Assembly: GCF_000175255.2 (NCBI RefSeq)
Contig: NC_017262.1
Coordinates: 1,110,001-1,142,000, forward strand
Origin: Zymomonas mobilis subsp. mobilis ATCC 10988
GTDB taxonomy: Bacteria > Pseudomonadota > Alphaproteobacteria > Sphingomonadales > Sphingomonadaceae
Length of the DNA stretch: 32,000 bases
Direction: 5' to 3'
A program made the translations under genes and the position numbers. Shown one piece after another: positions 1-7,469 of the stretch (its first letter is position 1; each line of letters opens with the position of its first letter). The notes beneath the pieces were generated by a model, which saw only the letters and a list, made by a program, of their open reading frames with translations, was not told the DNA's origin and made no database searches.

Positions 1-1
1 A

Positions 2-2191
2 GTGATGGCGGGTTGCGGTGTCGATCTCGCAGAATTGAAGCGTTCTCTTACGACGTATCTCGATACCGAACTGGATGCTTTGAAAATAGAAGGCAACAGT
101 GATCCTTCTCCTACGAGCGGTTTCCAGCGCGTGATCCAGCGGGCTATTTTGCATGTCCAGTCTTCCGGTCGGGATGAAGTGACGGGTGCCAATGTTTTGG
201 TCGCCCTTTTCTCCGAAAGAGAGAGCTATGCCGTCTATTTTCTGCAACAGCAGGATATGAGCCGATTGGATGCTGTCAGCTTTTTAAGCCATGGTGTTGG
301 AAAGGGCGGTGTCGCGGCGGATAATCAAGCCGAAGAAGAAAAGACCCAGCAGCGACCATCCGAGGTTTCTAAAAAGAACGAAAGCGCTTTGAAGCAATTC
401 ACGGTTAATCTGAATGAAAAGGCTGAAGTTGGACGGATTGATCCTTTGATCGGTCGTTCTGCCGAAGTTGATCGCACAATTCAGATATTGTGCCGTCGTT
501 CCAAGAATAACCCGCTTTATGTGGGTGATCCGGGGGTCGGCAAAACCGCGATTGCAGAAGGCCTTGCCCGTAAAATTATTGAAGATCAGGTGCCGGAAGT
601 CCTGAAGGATACCGTCATCTATTCTTTGGATATGGGGGCATTGCTGGCTGGCACCCGTTATCGTGGGGATTTTGAAGAAAGACTGAAAGCCGTCGTAACC
701 GAACTGCAAAAACAGCCGAAAGCTGTTTTGTTTATCGATGAAATCCATACGATTATAGGCGCTGGTGCAACCTCGGGCGGGGCAATGGATGCCTCTAACC
801 TTTTGAAACCGGCTTTGTCCAGTGGGACTATCCGTTGTATTGGTTCGACCACCTATAAGGAATTTCGCAATCACTTTGAAAAGGATCGCGCTTTATTACG
901 TCGATTCCAGAAAATTGATGTTGTCGAACCCACTGTCGAAGATGCCGTCAAAATTCTGAACGGCTTGCGGCCTTCCTTCGAAGAGCATCATAGCGTGCGT
1001 TACACCTCGGATGCCATTCGTTCGGCGGTAGAATTATCTGCCCGTTATATCAATGATCGCAAGCTGCCGGATAAGGCTATTGACGTGATTGATGAAGTGG
1101 GCGCAGCGCAAATGCTGTTACCGCCCTCCAAAAGACGGAAGGTCATTTTGGCCAAGGATGTGGAAGCTGTCGTCGCAACGATGGCGCGGATTCCACCGAA
1201 AACGGTCTCGAATGATGATAGCCAGATTTTGGCCAATCTTGAAACCGATTTGAAGCGGGTTGTCTTTGGTCAGGATAAAGCCATCAAGACTTTGGCTTCG
1301 GCGATCAAATTAAGCCGTGCCGGTTTGCGGGAAATGCATAAGCCGATTGGTAGCTATCTGTTTTCAGGTCCGACGGGGGTTGGTAAAACCGAAGTTGCCC
1401 GTCAGTTGGCTTCCTTGCTGGGTATCCCGCTGAAACGCTTTGATATGTCCGAATATATGGAACGTCATTCGGTTAGCCGTTTGATCGGTGCGCCTCCGGG
1501 CTATGTCGGATATGATCAGGGTGGTTTGTTGACCGATGCAATCGAGCAGAATCCGCATTCTGTTTTGTTGCTGGACGAAATTGAAAAGGCACATCCTGAT
1601 CTGTTCAATATTTTATTGCAGGTGATGGATAACGGTAAACTGACCGATCCGCATGGAAAAACGGTCGATTTCCGGAATGTCATTTTAATCATGACCAGCA
1701 ATGCCGGTGCTTCTGACATGGCTCGCGAAACGATCGGCTTTGGTGATCTGACGCGGGAAGGGGAGGATTTCGAGGCTATTAAAACGATGTTCTCGCCGGA
1801 ATTCCGCAACCGTTTGGATGCGGTGGTTCCCTTTGGCTATCTGTCGCCGGAAATGATCCAGCGAGTGGTGGACAAGTTTATTCTTGAACTTGAAATCCAG
1901 TTGGCTGATCGCAAAGTCGACATTGCCTTTGATGATGAAGCTCGCGAATGGTTAGGCAAAAAAGGCTATGATCGTCTCTATGGCGCTCGTCCTATGGGAC
2001 GCTTGATCCAAGAAAAGATCAAACAGCCTTTGGCGGAAGAATTGCTCTTTGGAAAGTTGGTTGATGGCGGCGAAGTCAAGGTTCATCTGAAAGAGAATGA
2101 GCCAAGCTTTGAAATCGTCCCAGGAGCGCCTTCTGTGAGCAAGAAGCCGAAAAAAGGGAAAGAAGCCAGTGAAACACTGGATGAATCCTGA
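2..2191 (+). CDS. clpA: ATP-dependent Clp protease ATP-binding subunit ClpA (5' end cut by window edge)
   Basis: The ORF is open to the left edge. It has two AAA+ modules (Walker A GDPGVGKTA and GPTGVGKTE; Walker B FIDEIH and LLLDEIEKAH). Only part of the N-domain is present, so some tens of N-terminal codons lie outside the window. Confidence 0.95.
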   Translation: MMAGCGVDLAELKRSLTTYLDTELDALKIEGNSDPSPTSGFQRVIQRAILHVQSSGRDEVTGANVLVALFSERESYAVYFLQQQDMSRLDAVSFLSHGVGKGGVAADNQAEEEKTQQRPSEVSKKNESALKQFTVNLNEKAEVGRIDPLIGRSAEVDRTIQILCRRSKNNPLYVGDPGVGKTAIAEGLARKIIEDQVPEVLKDTVIYSLDMGALLAGTRYRGDFEERLKAVVTELQKQPKAVLFIDEIHTIIGAGATSGGAMDASNLLKPALSSGTIRCIGSTTYKEFRNHFEKDRALLRRFQKIDVVEPTVEDAVKILNGLRPSFEEHHSVRYTSDAIRSAVELSARYINDRKLPDKAIDVIDEVGAAQMLLPPSKRRKVILAKDVEAVVATMARIPPKTVSNDDSQILANLETDLKRVVFGQDKAIKTLASAIKLSRAGLREMHKPIGSYLFSGPTGVGKTEVARQLASLLGIPLKRFDMSEYMERHSVSRLIGAPPGYVGYDQGGLLTDAIEQNPHSVLLLDEIEKAHPDLFNILLQVMDNGKLTDPHGKTVDFRNVILIMTSNAGASDMARETIGFGDLTREGEDFEAIKTMFSPEFRNRLDAVVPFGYLSPEMIQRVVDKFILELEIQLADRKVDIAFDDEAREWLGKKGYDRLYGARPMGRLIQEKIKQPLAEELLFGKLVDGGEVKVHLKENEPSFEIVPGAPSVSKKPKKGKEASETLDES

Positions 2192-2225
2192 CCTTATAGC
2201 GTAAGGTTATCGTTCTTTAAAAAAA

Positions 2226-2250
2226 GCGGGTTCTCTCGAACCCGCTTTTT
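2226..2250. terminator. Bidirectional Rho-independent terminator between convergent clpA and the ABC-2 permease
   Basis: A7 run, then GCGGGTTC-tctc-GAACCCGC, then T5. There is a T/A tract on both sides. Confidence 0.85.
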
Positions 2251-2280
2251 ATTATGGGTGACCTTAAGTATTGGGCAATA

Positions 2281-3102
2281 TCAGGATTTGAGTTTCCAGC
2301 CCCGCGCTATCAGGAGATAAGCGATACCGCCAAGAATAACATCAATGGCGATCACAATCGCGGCGCTTTCAAAAATATTGGCATCGGCTACCCCCAAAAA
2401 ACCATAACGGAAGCCGGAGATAACATGGAAGAACGGGTTCCATGTGCTGAAGCAGTAGAAAAAGCCATGGAGGCTGTGAACAGAATAAAAAGTGCCAGAA
2501 AGAAGGGCAAGCGGCTGAATAACGAAATTGGAGACCGAGGCTGCATGATCGTATTTATCTGCCCATATGGATGTAAGCAGCCCGATTAACGCCAGCATCA
2601 TCGCCCCGAAAAAGCCGAATAACAGGACAGCAAAGGGATGATTAGGGATGTAATGGACGTTTGGCCAGAAGGCCATCGCTACCCATAAAAAGAAACCGAC
2701 CAGAAAAGCCCGTGTCATCGCGGCACCGGTTAAAGCGGTAATAATTTCTTTGGTACCGATAGGCGGAATCAGATAATCTAAAATAGTCCCTTGCATTTTA
2801 CCCACTAAAAGTGAGAAACTGGCATTAGCAAAAGCGTTTTGCATCATGCCCATGGCAATAAGGCCGGGGGCAACGAATGCAGCAAAGTCCCAACCCAACG
2901 TTTTATGCCCGCCTCCCAATGCAACGGTAAAAATGACCAGAAATAACAAAGTCGAGACAACGGGAGCCCAGATTGTCTGCATCTGAACCTTGAAGAAGCG
3001 TCTTACCTCCTTCACATAGAGGGCATAAAGACCTTCCCAATTGATAGAAGCTATTGTGGCTTTACCAAAAGGGCGTTGACTAGCAGAAGACAGTTTGACC
3101 AT
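2281..3102 (-). CDS. ABC-2 type transporter permease (YadH/NodJ-like)
   Basis: 273 aa with about six hydrophobic helices. The N-terminal segment LYALYVKEVRRFFKVQMQTIWAPV is typical of ABC-2 permeases. No ATPase gene is adjacent. Confidence 0.8.
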   Translation of the reverse strand: MVKLSSASQRPFGKATIASINWEGLYALYVKEVRRFFKVQMQTIWAPVVSTLLFLVIFTVALGGGHKTLGWDFAAFVAPGLIAMGMMQNAFANASFSLLVGKMQGTILDYLIPPIGTKEIITALTGAAMTRAFLVGFFLWVAMAFWPNVHYIPNHPFAVLLFGFFGAMMLALIGLLTSIWADKYDHAASVSNFVIQPLALLSGTFYSVHSLHGFFYCFSTWNPFFHVISGFRYGFLGVADANIFESAAIVIAIDVILGGIAYLLIARGWKLKS

Positions 3103-3152
3103 ATCTGTTCGCTAAAGCTTGTTGGCTTTAGCTGCAAGTGGGTTCCTGCTTG

Positions 3153-3167
3153 GAATCGTCTGGAGTC
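3153..3167. promoter_or_regulatory. Pair of GANTC (CcrM-type methylation) sites 10 bp apart upstream of gcrA
   Basis: GAATC at 3153-3157 and GAGTC at 3163-3167, in the divergent permease/gcrA spacer. Any function is inferred. Confidence 0.3.
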
Positions 3168-3253
3168 AGAAAGAATTTACATTCCCTTAATCGGGATAAC
3201 GTGGAAATAACCGGCTTGTCGGGTTGATGGATTAAGAGATCGTGAGGAGTTAA

Positions 3254-3946
3254 ATGGCCTGGACCGAAGAACGAATTGAGCAGCTTAAGAAACTATGGGA
3301 AGCAGGCGATACCGCTAGCCAGATTGCAGAAAAGCTAGGCGATGTCAGCCGCAATGCTGTGATCGGGAAAGCCCATCGTTTAGGGTTACAGGCGCGCCCG
3401 TCTCCTGTGAAAAACAGCGATCATGCTGAAGCTGCCGATCATGGGCATAAAGAAAAAGAAGAGGCAACGCCTTCGGTAAGCAAAAATCCGACGGTCGCGC
3501 CGGTTGTCAACGAAGCGCGTAAAGAGCTTCATAAAAAAGAAACCGTCAAAAGCGTGAAAGCTGTAGAAGCTGTGGCACCACCCGCTGTGGCCGAGAAAAA
3601 AACTGAACCGGCACCTGTTATCCGTTCTATCGGCCCTGGTGGATTCCAGCGTCAGGTTCCGGGTGAACAGACGGCTCCCATTCCACCGGCACCACCGCGC
3701 CGCCTTGTTCCGGCCAAACCGTCACCTGAAATTGCGGATAAAACTTCGCTTTTGGATCTGACTGACCGGATCTGTCGTTGGCCAATGGGGCATCCGGGGG
3801 AACCTGATTTCCATTTTTGCGGCAAGCCGGTCAATCCGGGCTTCCCTTATTGCCTCGAACATTGTTCTGTCGCCTATCAGGCGCAGTTACCGCGCCGTGA
3901 TCGTCGGCCTACGCCAACCATTCCTTTCCCGAGGAATCGTTCATAA
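3254..3946 (+). CDS. gcrA: Cell-cycle transcriptional regulator GcrA
   Basis: The N-terminus MAWTEERIEQLKKLWEAGDTASQIAEKLG.VSRNAVIGKAHRLGL and the C-terminal RICRWPMG...FCG...PYCLEH block are GcrA hallmarks. A GAGGAG SD lies 4 nt upstream. There is a long Pro/Ala/Lys-rich linker. Confidence 0.93.
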   Translation: MAWTEERIEQLKKLWEAGDTASQIAEKLGDVSRNAVIGKAHRLGLQARPSPVKNSDHAEAADHGHKEKEEATPSVSKNPTVAPVVNEARKELHKKETVKSVKAVEAVAPPAVAEKKTEPAPVIRSIGPGGFQRQVPGEQTAPIPPAPPRRLVPAKPSPEIADKTSLLDLTDRICRWPMGHPGEPDFHFCGKPVNPGFPYCLEHCSVAYQAQLPRRDRRPTPTIPFPRNRS

Positions 3947-3972
3947 TTTCGATAACGGGATGAAAGCGATGG

Positions 3973-4065
3973 GATACGGGGAAAAGATGATTTTCCTCGT
4001 ATCAAAAAGAAGGCAGGATTTCTGAAAAAAGTTAGGTGATACGGGTTGCACCTTGGAAATCCTGT
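3973..4065 (+). other. Two strong RNA hairpins (P0 and P1) in the gcrA-argD spacer; candidate leader/attenuator or 3'-UTR RNA
   Basis: P0 is 3973-3985 paired with 3991-4003 (13 pairs, 1 G-U, loop GATGA). P1 is 4013-4025 paired with 4053-4065 (13 pairs, 3 G-U), plus a GGTG 4035-4038 / CACC 4049-4052 cap. Confidence 0.4.
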
Positions 4066-4085
4066 GCGTATAAATTTTGACTATT

Positions 4086-4110
4086 GGCAGCCTATTGGCT
4101 GCCTTTTTTT
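4086..4110 (+). terminator. Rho-independent terminator downstream of gcrA and upstream of argD
   Basis: GGCAGCC-tatt-GGCTGCC followed by T7. Confidence 0.85.
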
Positions 4111-4180
4111 CTTGGTTAGATTTTCTATGCCTGACGCGGCCTTATGCCAGCGCCCGGCCTAGTTGATAGGGAGAATAACT

Positions 4181-5371
4181 ATGGCCATAACGCCGTTAAT
4201 GCCTGTCTATCCTCGTTGTGCCGTCCGTCCGGTTCGAGGCGAAGGCTGCTATCTCTTCGGTGAGCAAGGCGAACGCTATTTGGATTTTGCTTCAGGTATT
4301 GCTGTTAATATTCTGGGGCATGGTCATCCACATTTGGTCAAGGCCATTCAAGAACAGGCCGCAACCTTGATGCATGTTTCAAACATGTATGGTTCGCCGC
4401 AGGGTGAAGCCTTTGCCAAGCGTTTATTAAGCCATTGCTTTGCCGACACCGTATTCTTCACCAATTCCGGTGCCGAAGCTATTGAATGTGCGATTAAAAC
4501 AGCACGTCGTTTCCATTACGCCAATGGAAATCCTGAACGGTTTAAGCTGATTACTTTCTCCAATGCCTTCCATGGTCGGACGATGGGTACGATTTCGGCA
4601 ACCAATCAGCCCAAAATGGTCGATGGTTTCAAACCGTTATTGCCCGGATTCCAAGTCGTAGAATTCAATGATCTGGCGGCAGCCGAAGCAGCGGTTGATG
4701 ATCAGACAGCCGGTTTCCTTGTTGAACCTATTCAGGGTGAAGGTGGGATCCGTCCAGCAACAGATGAATTCATGAAAGGCCTGCGTCGCATTTGTGACGA
4801 AAAAGGATTGATGTTGGTTCTGGATGAAGTCCAGTGCGGTTATGGCCGTTCCGGCACTTTCTTTGCCCATGAACAATATGGCATCAAGCCGGATATTATG
4901 GCCGTTGCCAAAGGTATCGGTGGTGGTTTCCCATTAGGTGCCTGTCTTGCAACCGAACATGCTGCAAAAGGTATGGTATTCGGCACGCATGGTTCAACCT
5001 ATGGTGGCAATCCGCTGGCAATGGCAGCAGGTCAGTCCATCCTTGATATCATTCTGGAAGATGGCTTTTTCGACCATGTCCAGAAAATGGGTAACATTCT
5101 GGCTGAAAAGCTGGAAACAATCGTCAAAAAATACCCCGAGCTTTGCCTTGAAGCCCGTGGTCGTGGCTTGATCCGTGGTTTAAAATTATCGGTTCCGTCT
5201 CGTGATGTTGTTGCGCATTTGCGTGACAATCATGGCCTTCTGACGGTGGCTGCGGCGGATAATGTTATCCGTATCTTGCCGCCTTTGGTCATCGAAGAAA
5301 AACATATCGATGAATTCATGGAAAAACTGGAAGCTGGCTTGAAAAGCTATGCTCCAGCTCAAGCGGCTTGA
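4181..5371 (+). CDS. argD: Acetylornithine aminotransferase (class-III PLP aminotransferase)
   Basis: Motifs FTNSGAEA, LVLDEVQCGYGRSGTFFA and the PLP-Lys region MAVAKGIGGGFP. I place the start at ATG 4181 (GGGAGA SD upstream) rather than the track TTG at 4163. It sits directly upstream of argF. Confidence 0.92.
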   Translation: MAITPLMPVYPRCAVRPVRGEGCYLFGEQGERYLDFASGIAVNILGHGHPHLVKAIQEQAATLMHVSNMYGSPQGEAFAKRLLSHCFADTVFFTNSGAEAIECAIKTARRFHYANGNPERFKLITFSNAFHGRTMGTISATNQPKMVDGFKPLLPGFQVVEFNDLAAAEAAVDDQTAGFLVEPIQGEGGIRPATDEFMKGLRRICDEKGLMLVLDEVQCGYGRSGTFFAHEQYGIKPDIMAVAKGIGGGFPLGACLATEHAAKGMVFGTHGSTYGGNPLAMAAGQSILDIILEDGFFDHVQKMGNILAEKLETIVKKYPELCLEARGRGLIRGLKLSVPSRDVVAHLRDNHGLLTVAAADNVIRILPPLVIEEKHIDEFMEKLEAGLKSYAPAQAA

Positions 5372-5401
5372 TTTTTCGGCCATAGAATAAAGGTGGTTAC
5401 T

Positions 5402-6343
5402 GTGCCCCATTCAATAAAACGTCGTCATTTTCTGAATTTTGCTGATGCTGGTGCAGATGCTGTGAAAGCTATGCTCGCGGATGCTTTGGCGCGTAAACAG
5501 GCGCGAAAAGGCTGGCCAAAAGGACGGGTTGATGCCGATGCGCCGTTAAAAGATTCTATTCTCGGGATGATTTTTGAGAAAAATTCAACCCGGACAAGAG
5601 TGTCTTTTGATGTCGGAATGCGACAGCTTGGGGGCAGCACCATCGTTATGGAATCCGGATCGACCCAAATCGGTCGCGGTGAAACCATTGCCGATACGGC
5701 TCGTGTATTATCCCGCTTTATTGATGCGATCATGATCCGCACCGATGACCATGCGAAAATCGAAGAACTGGCGCGTTATGCTTCAGTTCCGGTTATCAAT
5801 GGTTTGACGGATTTATCCCATCCTTGCCAGATTATGGCAGATATGCTGACGGTGATAGAGCATAAGGGTAAAGTGGAAGGCACACGTTGGGCTTGGCTGG
5901 GTGATGGTAACAATGTGTTATATTCCATCATCGAAGCCAGTGGCCTTATGGGCTTTTCTGTTATCGCGGCTTGCCCTCATGGTTATGAACCTGATCCGAA
6001 ATTTATCGAAGCGGCGCGTAAAGCAGGCTGCGATGTGGTTATTACCGATGATCCCGATGAAGCTGTCAAAGGCGCGGATGTCGTCGTAACCGATACATGG
6101 ATTTCCATGGGGCAGGCGCATGCTGAAGCAAAAATGGCCGCTATGCAGCCTTATCAGGTTAATGAAGCCTTGATGGCAAAGGCTGGCGATCAGGCTTTAT
6201 TCCTGCATTGCTTGCCCGCCCATCGCGGTGAAGAGGTCGTCGATGCTGTTATTGACGGTTCTCGTTCTGTGGTTTGGGATGAGGCCGAAAATCGGCTCCA
6301 TGCCCAGAAGTCGGTTCTGCTTTGGTCATTAGGGTTATTATAA
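5402..6343 (+). CDS. argF: Ornithine carbamoyltransferase
   Basis: Motifs STRTRVSF (carbamoyl-phosphate binding), HPCQ and [14 protein letters not shown] 5402 has an AGGTGG SD 5 nt upstream. The track start GTG 5393 remains an alternative. Confidence 0.93.
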   Translation: MPHSIKRRHFLNFADAGADAVKAMLADALARKQARKGWPKGRVDADAPLKDSILGMIFEKNSTRTRVSFDVGMRQLGGSTIVMESGSTQIGRGETIADTARVLSRFIDAIMIRTDDHAKIEELARYASVPVINGLTDLSHPCQIMADMLTVIEHKGKVEGTRWAWLGDGNNVLYSIIEASGLMGFSVIAACPHGYEPDPKFIEAARKAGCDVVITDDPDEAVKGADVVVTDTWISMGQAHAEAKMAAMQPYQVNEALMAKAGDQALFLHCLPAHRGEEVVDAVIDGSRSVVWDEAENRLHAQKSVLLWSLGLL

Positions 6344-6411
6344 AATACCCTAACATAGCCTGAAATTAACTATGTTCCCTTGCTTTATTCCGGCAAGGGG
6401 TATCACCCTTC

Positions 6412-6447
6412 AAGTAAGCTGGCATCTTTTTGTCAGCTTACTTTTTA
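6412..6447 (+). terminator. Rho-independent terminator after argF
   Basis: AAGTAAGCTG, a 12-nt loop, then CAGCTTACTT running into TTTTTA. A smaller hairpin, CCCTTGC/GCAAGGG, lies at 6377-6399. Confidence 0.75.
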
Positions 6448-6471
6448 TGGGTCAGAGGATGCGAGGTAAAA

Positions 6472-7395
6472 ATGAGTGAGAATATCCAGAATAGTCCTTC
6501 TGAAAATCTCGATCGCTATTTGAGTTTTACGCTGCCTGCTTTGGATGCCCGAGGCCGAATGGTGCGTCTGAATAGCGTTTTGGACAAAATTCTTTCCAAT
6601 CATAATTATCCGCAGTCTCTGGCTTCTTTCTTGGCAGAGGCTTTGACCTTGACAGCTCTGCTAGGCAGTCTGTTAGATGAAAAAGATAGTCAGCTTACAC
6701 TGCAAATCCGTGCCGAAGGAGGCGCGGTTGACCTGTTGGTTTGCGATTTCAAAAATGATATTATTCGCGGCTATCTTGAATTTAATACGGAAAAAGAGGC
6801 TGCCTTACCTGAAAAACCCTCTCTGACTGACATTGTGGGTGAAGGCTATCTCGCTATTATTTTCGATCAATCGGCTAGCCGTGAACGCTATCAGGGTATC
6901 GTTGCCTTGACCGGAGAGTCTCTCTCTAAGGCTGTCGAAAATTATTTTACCCAGTCTGATCAAATTCCGACCTTAATTCGGATCGCTGTAAAGCCACCCG
7001 AAAATGGCCGCGGATGGATATCTGGCGGGTTGTTGTTACAGCATCTCCCCAAAAACGAAACGAATGCCCCAAGATTGACCCATCAGGGACTTGATAATCC
7101 TGACTGGGATCATGTCCGTCTTTTGGGTGAAACTATTAAACCGGAAGAATTGACGGAACAGGCCTTGAGTTGTGAAGATATCGTTTGGCGGTTATTCCAC
7201 GACGAAAAGCCGATCAATATCACCAGATCGGAATCTTTCTCGACTTTGTGTCGCTGTGATGAAGCGCGTTTCAAAAACATTATCATGCGCTTCCCCAAGG
7301 AGCAGCGAGCTGAAATGTGCGATGAAAATGGGCTTATTCAGATAGATTGTGAATTTTGTGGTCAGCATTATAGCTTTCCTGTCGATATCGACTGA
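6472..7395 (+). CDS. hslO: Redox-regulated chaperone Hsp33
   Basis: C-terminal zinc centre CRC...(30 aa)...CEFCG. Length and the argD-argF-hslO synteny fit alphaproteobacteria. Start placed at ATG 6472 with a GAGG SD. Confidence 0.9.
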   Translation: MSENIQNSPSENLDRYLSFTLPALDARGRMVRLNSVLDKILSNHNYPQSLASFLAEALTLTALLGSLLDEKDSQLTLQIRAEGGAVDLLVCDFKNDIIRGYLEFNTEKEAALPEKPSLTDIVGEGYLAIIFDQSASRERYQGIVALTGESLSKAVENYFTQSDQIPTLIRIAVKPPENGRGWISGGLLLQHLPKNETNAPRLTHQGLDNPDWDHVRLLGETIKPEELTEQALSCEDIVWRLFHDEKPINITRSESFSTLCRCDEARFKNIIMRFPKEQRAEMCDENGLIQIDCEFCGQHYSFPVDID

Positions 7396-7469
7396 TATCA
7401 AGGGAGGCTACATGCCTGATTGAGAGGCGCTTTCACTGCCTATGGAAATACTCTATAAAGCTTTCTTAT

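Noticed and set aside
284-874. A 196-aa ORF antisense to clpA, plus the other minus-strand ORFs at 658-852, 1045-1236, 1364-1594 and 1516-1809.
   Set aside because: They lie fully inside a very well-supported AAA+ coding frame. They have no SD and no recognisable domains. Long antisense ORFs are common opposite conserved genes.
2254-2589. A 111-aa plus-strand ORF overlapping the 3' end of the ABC-2 permease.
   Set aside because: It is the mirror frame of a hydrophobic membrane protein, it starts inside the clpA terminator region, and it has no motif support.
3187-3200. A CtrA-box-like TTAATCGGGATAAC upstream of gcrA.
   Set aside because: Only the first TTAA half-site is intact. The second half reads TAAC/AAC with ambiguous spacing, so it is not a convincing TTAA-N7-TTAAC match.
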